38,859 bases of DNA, taken from the IMG/VR virus record IMGVR_UViG_2563366883_000017. One strand, given 5' to 3'. A program made the position numbers and the translations under genes. The stretch comes from a virus (Duplodnaviria > Heunggongvirae > Uroviricota > Caudoviricetes). The notes below the pieces were generated by a model. The model did not search any database. It was not told the origin of the DNA and was given only the letters and a program-made list of their open reading frames with translations. Positions within the stretch are counted from its first letter, which is position 1, and each line of letters begins with the position of its first letter. Positions 18,431-27,436 of the stretch are shown piece after piece.

Positions 18431-18962
18431 GGGCTGGTTTATTGTATGCCAAATGATTATTAAAAAGGTTGTGTTAATAACAAAATCCGAAATAATATGC
18501 CTGCATATTTTTATCTTGCTTATATTCTGCATATTGTGCATAGCAGGCTCATCCCTGCAATCAAAACTGTATGATGAGTATTTTTTGTTTTCCTTTTTTC
18601 CAGTCATCTGATGATGACCTGCTTCTTTTTAATCCGGATCGACATCAGTTTTTTAAGATAATTCCTGCGAGTTATATGCATAAATGCCACAAACTCCGCA
18701 TTTTATGTGGTTGGGAGTTGCCGGGCGCGCAGTGAGTTTGCTAAGAAAACTCCTGCATGGTGAATCCCCCTGTGCGGTGGGGTGATACCATTAACCTTTT
18801 CTGTCGCCGACAGGTATCACGAACATTTTGTTCACCGGGAGGCACCCGGCACCATGCACTTCAATAGATTCTCTCCACATTATGGATATTCTTTCAGAAT
18901 ATCCCACGCAGACTTTGTGTAAATGTTAACAAATGTGCGTTTTATTTGATCTGATTCGCTGT

Positions 18963-18992
18963 TTGAGCGTCCAAAACAACGGTATATATAAT
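18963..18992 (+). promoter_or_regulatory. Sigma70-like promoter upstream of the first TolA-like lipoprotein gene
   Basis: TTGAGC (18963-18968), 18-bp spacer, TATAAT (18987-18992); GAGGA SD before ATG 19022. Confidence 0.45.
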
Positions 18993-19021
18993 CCTTTACT
19001 ATATGACATATGTGAGGAAAA

Positions 19022-19450
19022 ATGGGTTTTCGTAGCGCATCAATTCTTACGTTGATTATTAGTGGGATTATTATCGGGTGCACTGATGCTGTATCGACAA
19101 ATTATCATGACCGTACATCATATTACTCCGATAAAGCAATAGAGACACAGTATGTGAGTTCATCTGAACGTACTTCTGATGTTAGTGAGGATATCCGTCT
19201 GTATGCCCATCAAATCAAGAGCGCCATCGAAAAACAGTTCGGGGATGCGAGTAAGTATTCAGGAAAAGAGTGTACACTGAGAATGCATATGGCCCCGAAT
19301 GGCCTTCTACTGGAGGTTAAAAGAGAAAGTGGAGACCTCGATTTATGTCGTGAAGCGATGAATGCGATAAAGAATGCTGATATACCTGCCCCCCCTTCGC
19401 CGGAAGTATATAAAGTATTTCAAAATGGGGTGCTGGATTTTAAACCCTGA
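19022..19450 (+). CDS. Lipoprotein with TolA C-terminal (domain III)-like domain, 142 aa
   Basis: N-terminal signal peptide with lipobox IIGC; C-terminal region YAHQIKSAIEKQFGDASKYSGKECTLRMHMAPNGLLLEVKRESGDLDLCREAMNAIKNADIPAPPSPEVYKVFQNGVLDFKP closely parallels the recalled E. coli TolA C-terminus (…CTLRIKLAPDGMLLDIKPEGGDPALCQAALAAAKLAKIPKPPSQAVYEVFKNAPLDFKP). Confidence 0.7.
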   Translation: MGFRSASILTLIISGIIIGCTDAVSTNYHDRTSYYSDKAIETQYVSSSERTSDVSEDIRLYAHQIKSAIEKQFGDASKYSGKECTLRMHMAPNGLLLEVKRESGDLDLCREAMNAIKNADIPAPPSPEVYKVFQNGVLDFKP

Positions 19451-19600
19451 TATTTATTGTTTTGTAATAAACGGTTTCGGCTTAGGTTTGTTCTGACACA
19501 GCTACGGCACTGAGCTAAATTTAGCGGATAGTCAGCTCTGAGCCAGTGGCGGACGTAACAACTACTATTGCTGAGATTTTAATGGATTGAGGAGCAAGAA

Positions 19601-19996
19601 GTGGGATTAAAGAAAATCGTTATGTTGACTTTTTGGGTCGGTTTTGTTGCGGGATGCACACCTTTACACCCTTCAGATTGCCACAAAACTACTGCTACAG
19701 GTAGTTGCAGTTCAGGACGCTGGGATGATCAGGATGAATGGGGGGCGCAAGCGCGGGGAATCAGAGCTGCAATTAATGCCAAACTTGATGAGCCGCATAA
19801 CTGGAAAGGGAAAAAATGCAGGTTGCATATGGAATTCTCTCAGGATGGCACGGCGTTAAAAATATCTACCAGTAACGGTGATAAAGCCTATTGCGAAGCG
19901 ATAAAGTCCGCAGCTCATAAAGCCAAATTTCCGGCCTTCAACAATCCGGAAGTCTACAGAGATTTTCAGAAATCTGGCTTTGACATGCGAGGTTAG
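19601..19996 (+). CDS. Second, more divergent TolA domain-III-like lipoprotein, 131 aa
   Basis: GTG start with GAGGAG upstream; signal peptide plus lipobox VAGC; C-terminal half keeps the two-Cys pattern and the PEVY-x-x-FQ motif of the first paralog (KKCRLHMEFSQDGTALKISTSNGDKAYCEAIKSAAHKAKFPAFNNPEVYRDFQKSGFD). Confidence 0.6.
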   Translation: MGLKKIVMLTFWVGFVAGCTPLHPSDCHKTTATGSCSSGRWDDQDEWGAQARGIRAAINAKLDEPHNWKGKKCRLHMEFSQDGTALKISTSNGDKAYCEAIKSAAHKAKFPAFNNPEVYRDFQKSGFDMRG

Positions 19997-20122
19997 CTCT
20001 TCAATTACTATATCTCATTCATAGCAAACTGACAGATTTGATGATGTTCTATATACGAAACCTGTGATGTCAAGTCTGAGCTAATACAAATAAACATAAT
20101 ATCAGAGAAATACATTTTATTA

Positions 20123-20146
20123 GCTCGCTACGGCGAGCTTTTTATA
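20123..20146 (+). terminator. Intrinsic terminator after the lipoprotein pair
   Basis: AGCTCGC-tacg-GCGAGCT followed by TTTTAT. Confidence 0.6.
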
Positions 20147-20247
20147 TTGCATCGTCTCCAGCATATATATCAATTAAGGCTCTGATTGATGTGTCTGAAA
20201 GCCTACACATAATAACTATGCCATCCGTTCCGTGCGGAGGTGAGGCT

Positions 20248-20463
20248 ATGAAATCCATGGACAAAATTTCAACAGGCATTGCCTACGGCACCTCCGCAGG
20301 CAGTGCTGGCTACTGGTTTTTACAGTTGCTCGATAGAGTAACTCCGTCACAGTGGGCTGCAATCGGTGTGCTGGGTAGTCTGGTATTTGGCCTGCTGACG
20401 TACCTGACAAACCTTTATTTCAAGATTAAAGAAGATAAGCGCAAGGCTGCGAGAGGTGAATAA
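20248..20463 (+). CDS. Class II holin (phage 21 S-like pinholin), 71 aa with dual start (MKSMDK)
   Basis: [71 protein letters not shown]; two TM segments and a charged C-terminus; stop overlaps the endolysin start (TAATG). Confidence 0.85.
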   Translation: MKSMDKISTGIAYGTSAGSAGYWFLQLLDRVTPSQWAAIGVLGSLVFGLLTYLTNLYFKIKEDKRKAARGE

Positions 20464-20960
20464 TGCCTCCATCATTACGAAAAGTCGTTGCTGCTGCTAT
20501 TGGTGGCGGAGCAATTGCTATAGCATCAGTGTTAATCACTGGCCCAAGTGGTAACGATGGTCTGGAAGGTGTCAGCTACATACCATACAAAGATATTGTT
20601 GGTGTATGGACTGTATGTCACGGGCATACAGGAAAAGACATCATGCTCGGTAAAACGTATACCAAAGCAGAATGCAAAACACTCTTGAATAAAGACCTTG
20701 CCACTGTCGCCAGACAAATTAACCCGTACATCAAAGTCGATATACCGGAAACAACGCGCGGCGCTCTTTACTCATTCGTTTACAACGTGGGTGCTGGCAA
20801 TTTCAGAACATCGACGCTTCTTCGCAAAATAAACCAGGGCGATATCAAAGGCGCATGTGATCAGCTACGTCGCTGGACATATGCTGGCGGTAAGCAATGG
20901 AAAGGTCTCATGACTCGTCGTGAGATTGAGCGTGAAATCTGTTTGTGGGGTCAGCAATGA
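20463..20960 (+). CDS. SAR endolysin (phage 21 R-like lysozyme), 165 aa
   Basis: N-terminal signal-anchor-release-like hydrophobic segment ([20 protein letters not shown]) followed by a lysozyme domain; second gene of the lysis cassette. Confidence 0.85.
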   Translation: MPPSLRKVVAAAIGGGAIAIASVLITGPSGNDGLEGVSYIPYKDIVGVWTVCHGHTGKDIMLGKTYTKAECKTLLNKDLATVARQINPYIKVDIPETTRGALYSFVYNVGAGNFRTSTLLRKINQGDIKGACDQLRRWTYAGGKQWKGLMTRREIEREICLWGQQ

Positions 20961-21421
20961 ACAGAGTAACCGCGATTATCTCCGCTCTGGTTATCTGCAT
21001 CATCGTCTGCCTGTCATGGGCTGTTAATCATTACCGTGATAACGCCATTACCTACAAAGCCCAGCGCGACAAAAATGCCAGAGAACTGAAGCTGGCGAAC
21101 GCGGCAATTACTGACATGCAGATGCGTCAGCGTGATGTTGCTGCGCTCGATGCAAAATACACGAAGGAGTTAGCTGATGCTAAAGCTGAAAATGATGCTC
21201 TGCGTGATGATGTTGCCGCTGGTCGTCGTCGGTTGCACATCAAAGCAGTCTGTCAGTCAGTGCGTGAAGCCACCACCGCCTCCGGCGTGGATAATGCAGC
21301 CTCCCCCCGACTGGCAGACACCGCTGAACGGGATTATTTCACCCTCCGGGAACGACTGGTAATGATGCAGGCCCAACTTGAAGGTGCTCAGCAATACATA
21401 ACCGAGCAGTGTTTAAAGTAA
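20957..21421 (+). CDS. Rz-like spanin (i-spanin), about 154 aa
   Basis: ATG 20957 overlapping the endolysin stop; N-terminal TM then coiled-coil-like sequence; contains an embedded +1-frame lipoprotein gene. Confidence 0.8.
   Translation: MNRVTAIISALVICIIVCLSWAVNHYRDNAITYKAQRDKNARELKLANAAITDMQMRQRDVAALDAKYTKELADAKAENDALRDDVAAGRRRLHIKAVCQSVREATTASGVDNAASPRLADTAERDYFTLRERLVMMQAQLEGAQQYITEQCLK
21177..21362 (+). CDS. Rz1-like o-spanin lipoprotein embedded in Rz (+1 frame), 61 aa
   Basis: AAGGAG SD before ATG 21177; signal peptide with lipobox VVGC; proline-rich mature region (PPPPPAW...PPPDW). Confidence 0.8.
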   Translation: MLKLKMMLCVMMLPLVVVGCTSKQSVSQCVKPPPPPAWIMQPPPDWQTPLNGIISPSGNDW

Positions 21422-21558
21422 AATCTTAACTACAATATGATTCATTTTGATGATTGTTTCATAAGGAACAGTGAAGTAAGATCTAAGAGGAGTTAAATTT
21501 TATACAGTATAATCATAATATTGCAGCAAGGTGGTTATAATTGAAAGAATATTTAGAT

Positions 21559-23016
21559 ATGAATACATCTCATGTAAGAGTTGTTACTCATATGTGTGGG
21601 TTCCTGGTTTGGCTCTATAGTCTTTCAATGTTGCCACCAATGGTTGTAGCATTGTTTTATAAAGAAAAAAGCCTGTTCGTTTTCTTTATAACTTTCGTTA
21701 TATTTTTTTGCATTGGTGGCGGAGCGTGGTATACAACTAAGAAATCTGGCATTCAATTACGTACCCGTGATGGGTTTATTATAATTGTAATGTTTTGGAT
21801 TTTGTTTTCTGTTATTAGTGCATTCCCTTTATGGATTGACTCAGAACTTAATTTAACGTTCATTGATGCTCTGTTTGAAGGGGTTTCTGGAATAACAACA
21901 ACAGGAGCAACTGTAATTGATGATGTTAGTTCATTACCTCGGGCATATTTGTACTATCGGTCACAGTTAAATTTTATAGGTGGTTTAGGAGTTATTGTTC
22001 TGGCGGTTGCAGTATTGCCATTATTGGGTATTGGTGGTGCAAAGCTTTATCAGTCAGAAATGCCGGGGCCATTTAAGGATGACAAACTCACTCCCCGCCT
22101 GGCCGATACGTCACGGACACTGTGGATAACTTATTCTTTATTAGGTATTGCTTGTATTGTCTGTTATAGACTTGCAGGAATGCCTTTGTTTGATGCTATT
22201 TGTCACGGGATTTCCACAGTTTCGCTTGGTGGTTTCTCAACTCATAGCGAGAGTATCGGATATTTTAATAACTATTTGGTTGAGCTGGTGGCTGGTTCTT
22301 TTTCCCTGCTATCGGCTTTCAACTTCACTCTTTGGTATATTGTTATTAGCAGAAAAACGATAAAACCTTTAATCAGAGATATTGAACTTCGTTTCTTTCT
22401 GTTAATAGCCTTAGGGGTGATCATTGTTACCTCTTTCCAGGTCTGGCATATAGGTATGTATGACTTGCATGGAAGTTTTATTCATTCGTTTTTTCTTGCC
22501 AGCTCCATGCTCACTGATAATGGTTTAGCTACGCAGGATTATGCAAACTGGCCCACGCACACGATAGTGTTTTTGCTGTTGTCAAGTTTCTTTGGGGGAT
22601 GTATAGGTTCAACCTGTGGTGGAATTAAGTCACTTCGATTTCTTATACTTTTCAAACAAAGCAAACACGAGATAAATCAGCTTTCTCATCCCAGAGCGTT
22701 GTTGAGTGTAAATGTAGGAGGGAAGATAGTTACAGATCGTGTAATGAGGTCTGTATGGAGTTTCTTTTTTCTTTATACTCTCTTCACGGTGTTTTTTATA
22801 CTGGTGTTAAATGGTATGGGATATGATTTTCTTACATCATTTGCAACAGTGGCTGCATGTATTAATAATATGGGATTAGGTTTTGGGGCTACTGCATCGT
22901 CATTCGGAGTGCTTAATGACATTGCAAAATATTTAATGTGCATAGCTATGATTCTTGGTCGCCTTGAAATTTATCCTGTTATTATATTGTTTTCAGGTTT
23001 TTTTTGGCGCTCCTAA
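21559..23016 (+). CDS. trkG: Trk-system potassium uptake protein TrkG, 485 aa, AT-rich moron
   Basis: ATG 21559 (MNTSHVRVVTHMCGFLVWLYSL...); multi-TM protein; strongly AT-rich compared with flanks; a known Rac cargo gene. Confidence 0.9.
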   Translation: MNTSHVRVVTHMCGFLVWLYSLSMLPPMVVALFYKEKSLFVFFITFVIFFCIGGGAWYTTKKSGIQLRTRDGFIIIVMFWILFSVISAFPLWIDSELNLTFIDALFEGVSGITTTGATVIDDVSSLPRAYLYYRSQLNFIGGLGVIVLAVAVLPLLGIGGAKLYQSEMPGPFKDDKLTPRLADTSRTLWITYSLLGIACIVCYRLAGMPLFDAICHGISTVSLGGFSTHSESIGYFNNYLVELVAGSFSLLSAFNFTLWYIVISRKTIKPLIRDIELRFFLLIALGVIIVTSFQVWHIGMYDLHGSFIHSFFLASSMLTDNGLATQDYANWPTHTIVFLLLSSFFGGCIGSTCGGIKSLRFLILFKQSKHEINQLSHPRALLSVNVGGKIVTDRVMRSVWSFFFLYTLFTVFFILVLNGMGYDFLTSFATVAACINNMGLGFGATASSFGVLNDIAKYLMCIAMILGRLEIYPVIILFSGFFWRS

Positions 23017-23153
23017 TATATGGCTGATTTATAATTGTGAGTTTAATATTATGTTGACTCGCTCATTGATCCAATACCTAACTTTACCAGCAACACCTCC
23101 GCCCCCAGTAGCACTGGCTGCTGGGGTGCGTTTTATTCATAAAGCAAGGCTGT

Positions 23154-23942
23154 ATGAGCGAGAAATTAAAGATAGTCTATCGCCCATTACAAGAATTGTC
23201 ACCGTATGCGCACAACGCCAGGACGCACAGTACTGAGCAGGTGGCACAACTGGTAGAAAGTATTAAGCAATTCGGCTGGACTAATCCGGTGCTGATTGAC
23301 GAAAAGGGCGAAATTATTGCGGGTCACGGTCGTGTTATGGCGGCTGAAATGCTCAAAATGGATTCTGTTCCGGTCATTGTTCTGTCTGGCCTGACGGATG
23401 AGCAGAAAAAGGCGTACCGCCTGGCAGATAATCGCCTGCCGATGAATGCTGGCTGGGATGAAGATCTGTTGCGGATGGAGCTGTCGGACCTAATCAATGC
23501 TGATTTTGATGTCTCCCTGACAGGCTTCATCCCGGCAGAAATTGATGAACTGTTGACGGATGTTTTGCCCGGTACAGGAAATGAGGAGGAGCCGTATACG
23601 ACGAAAATTGATACGCCTGTTTATGAGCCGTCAGGCGGTAAACCGGATATCAGTGAACTGTACGACGATACGAAAACTCAGGAGCTGATCAGCCGGATAC
23701 GTTCGGCGTCCCTTGATCCTGATATTGAGAAATTCCTCCTGTGTGCAGCAGAACGTCACACGGTGTTTAATTTCAGCAGAATTGCGGACTATTACGCTCA
23801 TGCCCCCGCTGAAATTCAGTGCCTTTTCGAGGAGTCGGCGCTGGTGATCATTGATTATCAGCAGGCTATTGAAAATGGATTTGTCCGAATGACGCAGCGC
23901 ATGGTGGAGATCATGCATGGCGGGGAGGAGGAATATGCGTGA
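23154..23942 (+). CDS. ParB-like nuclease domain protein, 262 aa
   Basis: N-terminal ParB/Srx-like region (…PVLIDEKGEIIAGHGRVMAAEM…YRLADNRL…); possibly the full-length version of a gene that is truncated in K-12 Rac (ynaK, recalled with low certainty). Confidence 0.6.
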   Translation: MSEKLKIVYRPLQELSPYAHNARTHSTEQVAQLVESIKQFGWTNPVLIDEKGEIIAGHGRVMAAEMLKMDSVPVIVLSGLTDEQKKAYRLADNRLPMNAGWDEDLLRMELSDLINADFDVSLTGFIPAEIDELLTDVLPGTGNEEEPYTTKIDTPVYEPSGGKPDISELYDDTKTQELISRIRSASLDPDIEKFLLCAAERHTVFNFSRIADYYAHAPAEIQCLFEESALVIIDYQQAIENGFVRMTQRMVEIMHGGEEEYA

Positions 23943-24867
23943 TGATTTTTGCGCCTTTATTCTGACTCACGGGCGACCGGACAAAGTTCTGACTTACCGG
24001 ACGTTGCGTCGTGCTGGCTATACCGGGAAAATTTTTATCGTTGTTGATGATGAAGATAAGACACGGCATCAGTACATGGCTGAATTTGGTGAACAGGTGC
24101 TGGTATTTTCCAAAGCCGATATTGCTAGTCGTTTTGACGAAGCCGATAATTTTAGTGACCGCCGCTCAATTTTTTACGCCCGTAATGCCTGTTTCGACCA
24201 GGCAAAACTGGTCGGGTGTAAATACTTCATTCAGCTCGATGATGATTATCACGAGTTCCAGTTTCGGGTGGATCGCAACTATGACCAGGCCTATTTCCCG
24301 ATAAGGAAACTGGATGAGATCCTTTCTGAAATGCTTGCGTACTACGAATCAATACCTGCTCTTTCCATCGCTATGTCGCAGGGCGGGGATTTTCTTGGTG
24401 ACAATGGCGGCCATGCTTCGTGGGTGAAACGCAAGGCAATGAACAGCTTTATCTGTTCGGTTGATCGACCGTTCTCATTCATGGGGCGCATTAACGAGGA
24501 TGTGAATACGTACACGAATCTCGGTCGCTGTGGTGAATTGTTTATGACGATCGGTGCTGTCCAGTTAGGGCAGAAACAGACGCAGAAAAACAGCGGCGGA
24601 ATGACCGAGCTGTATCTGGATTCCGGAACCTACGTTAAAAGTTTTTACTCCGTCATGTATGCGCCGTCGTGCGTAAAAATCTCACTTATGGGTGCCAGTC
24701 ATAAACGCATTCACCATCAGGTCACCTGGAACAACGCTGCAGTAAAAATCCTTCACGAAAAATACAGGAAGAAGACACCCTGCATATCAATGGGGGTGAC
24801 AAATGATTCCGTATTCGAAAGTCGAGTCTCTGGCAGCGTGCCGGATGACTGCACAACAAATCGCTGA
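23935..24867 (+). CDS. Hypothetical protein, possible GT-A-like glycosyltransferase fold, about 310 aa
   Basis: GGAGGAGG SD before ATG 23935, overlapping ParB-like stop; by-eye motifs ILTHGRPDK and QLDDDYHEF resemble the N-terminal and DxD motifs of family-2 glycosyltransferases (weak evidence). Confidence 0.4.
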   Translation: MRDDFCAFILTHGRPDKVLTYRTLRRAGYTGKIFIVVDDEDKTRHQYMAEFGEQVLVFSKADIASRFDEADNFSDRRSIFYARNACFDQAKLVGCKYFIQLDDDYHEFQFRVDRNYDQAYFPIRKLDEILSEMLAYYESIPALSIAMSQGGDFLGDNGGHASWVKRKAMNSFICSVDRPFSFMGRINEDVNTYTNLGRCGELFMTIGAVQLGQKQTQKNSGGMTELYLDSGTYVKSFYSVMYAPSCVKISLMGASHKRIHHQVTWNNAAVKILHEKYRKKTPCISMGVTNDSVFESRVSGSVPDDCTTNR

Positions 24868-25054
24868 CGTTCTGGATGTTGATCTGAACCGACTGAAAGA
24901 AAATCGGGAAGCAATGACAGATTTTTATGCGGCCATCCGTAAGGGCAGAGCGAAAGGTGAAGCCGAGTTACGAGCGGCATTGTTTAAGCTTGCCAGAAAA
25001 GGGGATGCCTTTGCTCTGCGCGAACTACTCAGGGTGGATAAAAATCAGGACTAA
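24803..25054 (+). CDS. Small hypothetical protein, 83 aa, possibly HTH-containing
   Basis: ORF with SD GGGGGTGA before ATG 24803; immediately upstream of small terminase. Confidence 0.4.
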   Translation: MIPYSKVESLAACRMTAQQIADVLDVDLNRLKENREAMTDFYAAIRKGRAKGEAELRAALFKLARKGDAFALRELLRVDKNQD

Positions 25055-25057
25055 CTG

Positions 25058-26152
25058 ATGAGCAGACCGGACTGGGGGGCGTTGCAGCAGGAGTATATTG
25101 CTGAATACACCCGCTCCGGTATATCTCCGGTGGCATGGTGTGAAGCAAGGGGACTGAATTACGCAACAGCCCGTCGTTACATCAAAAAAACTCCGAAAAA
25201 TGCGCAGACAGAAATGTGCAAAACTGCGCAAAAAAGTGCGCAGAAAAAATCTGCGCAGACTGCACAAAAGCGGAACGAAAAATCTCAGGAAAAAAAGCCA
25301 GTATTCGATGCGGGCCTGAATGAGGGCGACGCGGAGGAATTTTCGTTCTGTCCCGATGAATTCGGCATTTCTGACCAGCAGGCTAAGTTTGCGATGCTTG
25401 TTGCTCAGGGTAAAAAGCCGACAGAGGCGTACCGACTAGCCGGTTATGAGGGGCAAGGTGCGACAGCTAACAGCAACGCCAGTCGTATGCTTAGAAATGC
25501 CAGGGTTTTTCGCGCTATCAGCTACTTCCGCAATCAGTACCAGAAACGCTATACCGCAGACCTGGATTTACTAGTGAGTCAGTTGATGGCTATTGTCCTG
25601 GCCGACCCCAATCAGCTTGCACAATTTCGCCGTGTTAACTGCCGTTATTGCTGGGGCGAGAATCATCTCTACCAGTGGCGCGATATAGCAGAATTCGACA
25701 AGGCAGCGGCGCAGGCTTCCAGAGATGGCAAACCCGAACCGGAATATGGAGGCCTCGGCTTTGTTGATAACGCCATACCCAATCCGGACTGCCCGAAGTG
25801 CTGCGGTGAGGGAACGGGACAGCTTTATATGGCTGATACCACTCTGCTTGATGGGGATGCGCGGCAATTATATGCAGGGGCAAAATTCGGAAAATTCGGC
25901 GTTGAGATCCTGCTGGAGGATAAGGCTGCCGCCCGGCGTGAATTGTTGCGTTTGTTTTCTGCTGGCGGGGCTTTATGTGCAGATAAGCGGCTACAGGAAC
26001 TGGAAATTGAACGGCGCAGAATGGAAAACCAGAAGCTGCGCAAAGAGATCGAAACGGTGGAAGATAATGAACATCCCCAGCCTGTGGCGATCAATATTAA
26101 TGTGGTTGATGCCAGAGTAAGGAGTGATGAAGATGATCTCTCCGACGCTTAA
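25058..26152 (+). CDS. Terminase small subunit (HTH N-terminus plus Terminase_2-like region), 364 aa
   Basis: N-terminal HTH (…GISPVAWCEARGLNYATARRYIKK…) and a central region typical of small terminases (…QQAKFAMLVAQGKKPTEAYRLAGYEGQGATANSNASRMLRNARV…); directly upstream of the large terminase. Confidence 0.6.
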   Translation: MSRPDWGALQQEYIAEYTRSGISPVAWCEARGLNYATARRYIKKTPKNAQTEMCKTAQKSAQKKSAQTAQKRNEKSQEKKPVFDAGLNEGDAEEFSFCPDEFGISDQQAKFAMLVAQGKKPTEAYRLAGYEGQGATANSNASRMLRNARVFRAISYFRNQYQKRYTADLDLLVSQLMAIVLADPNQLAQFRRVNCRYCWGENHLYQWRDIAEFDKAAAQASRDGKPEPEYGGLGFVDNAIPNPDCPKCCGEGTGQLYMADTTLLDGDARQLYAGAKFGKFGVEILLEDKAAARRELLRLFSAGGALCADKRLQELEIERRRMENQKLRKEIETVEDNEHPQPVAININVVDARVRSDEDDLSDA

Positions 26153-27434
26153 TGTGCCTCAGGCGCGATTTCTTTCAATGCCCCATAAATTTAAAGCCTA
26201 TATTGCTGGTTTTGGCTCGGGCAAAACATGGGTTGGGTGTGGCGGCATATGCAAGGGGATTTGGGAGCATCCAGGTATAAATCAGGGATATTTTGCGCCA
26301 ACGTATCCCCAAATTCGCGATATTTTTTACCCTACAGTGGAAGAAGTTGCTGCTGACTGGGGATTGAACGTAAAAATTAATGAGGGAAATAAAGAGGTTC
26401 ACTTTTATTACGGACGCCAGTATCGGGGAACCACTATCTGCAGATCGATGGAGAAGCCACAAACGATCGTCGGTTTCAAAATTGGTAATGCGTTGGTGGA
26501 TGAACTGGACATTTTGCCGAAGGAAAAAGCCAGAACGGCGTGGCGCAAGATAATTGCACGTATGCGTTATAAGATTGATGGACTTCGCAACGGTATTGAC
26601 GTTACAACCACGCCGGAAGGATTCAAATTTGTCTACGAGCAGTTTGTTAAAGCCGTGCGTGAAAAAACAGAGCTGGCCTCACTGTATGGTCTGGTGCAGG
26701 CATCTACTTTCGATAATGAAAAGAACCTGCCAGCAGATTACATTCCTTCGCTTCTTGAATCATACCCTCCAGAGCTGATTAAAGCCTATCTTCGAGGACA
26801 GTTTACTAACCTGACAAGTGGTACTGTTTACCATCAGTTTGACCGGAAACTGAATAATTGCGAAGAAGTGGAGCAGCCAGGGGAGCCGATTTATATTGGG
26901 ATGGATTTTAACGTTGGAAAGATGGCGGGAATCGTCCATGTGCTGCGTTTGGGGCTTCCATGTGCGGTAACTGAAATCATCAATGCCTACGATACGCCGG
27001 ATATGATCCGCATCATTAAAGAACGCTTCTGGCTGTATGATGGGAATGATTACCGGAAAGTGAGGGAAATTTATATTTATCCAGATGCTTCCGGGGATTC
27101 CAGAAAATCAAGTAACGCAAGTACGACGGATATAGCCCAGCTTAAGTAGGCTGGTTTTAACGTTGTGGTGAACAGCTCGAACCCGCCAGTAAAAGATCGC
27201 GTTAACTCAATGAATGCAATGTTCTGCAATGCCAATGGTGAGCGTCGCTATAAAGTTAATGTGAAGCGTTGCCCGTTATATGCCGAATCTCTGGAGCAAC
27301 AGGTCTGGGATGAGAAGGGGGAGCCTGATAAAAAATCTGGCAATGATCACCCGAATGATGCCGGAGGTTATTTCATCGTTAAGCAATTCCCTATTGTCAA
27401 ACCGACCGGAAGAGTCACATCACTTCGGATTTAA
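26127..27434 (+). pseudogene. Terminase large subunit interrupted by an in-frame amber codon (TAG 27147-27149); N-part 26127..27149, C-part continues in the same frame to 27434
   Basis: Walker A GFGSGKTW near the N-terminus; the 341-aa ORF and the following 89-aa ORF are in the same frame, separated only by TAG plus 5 codons; combined length about 435 aa is typical of a large terminase. Confidence 0.7.
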
Positions 27435-27436
27435 TT

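Noticed and set aside
18371-18611. Overlapping ORFs on both strands (18371..18607 minus, 18399..18611 plus) in the Q-to-lysis region
   Set aside because: AT-rich non-coding region; no ribosome-binding sites; the plus-strand ORF begins inside a terminator hairpin; products are low-complexity hydrophobic strings.
17979-19021. Search for tRNA genes in the Q-to-holin region (a common tRNA/moron site in lambdoid phages)
   Set aside because: No GTTCGAAT/GTTCAAAT-type T-loop motif or acceptor-stem pairing was found by eye; a covariance-model scan would be needed to exclude one.
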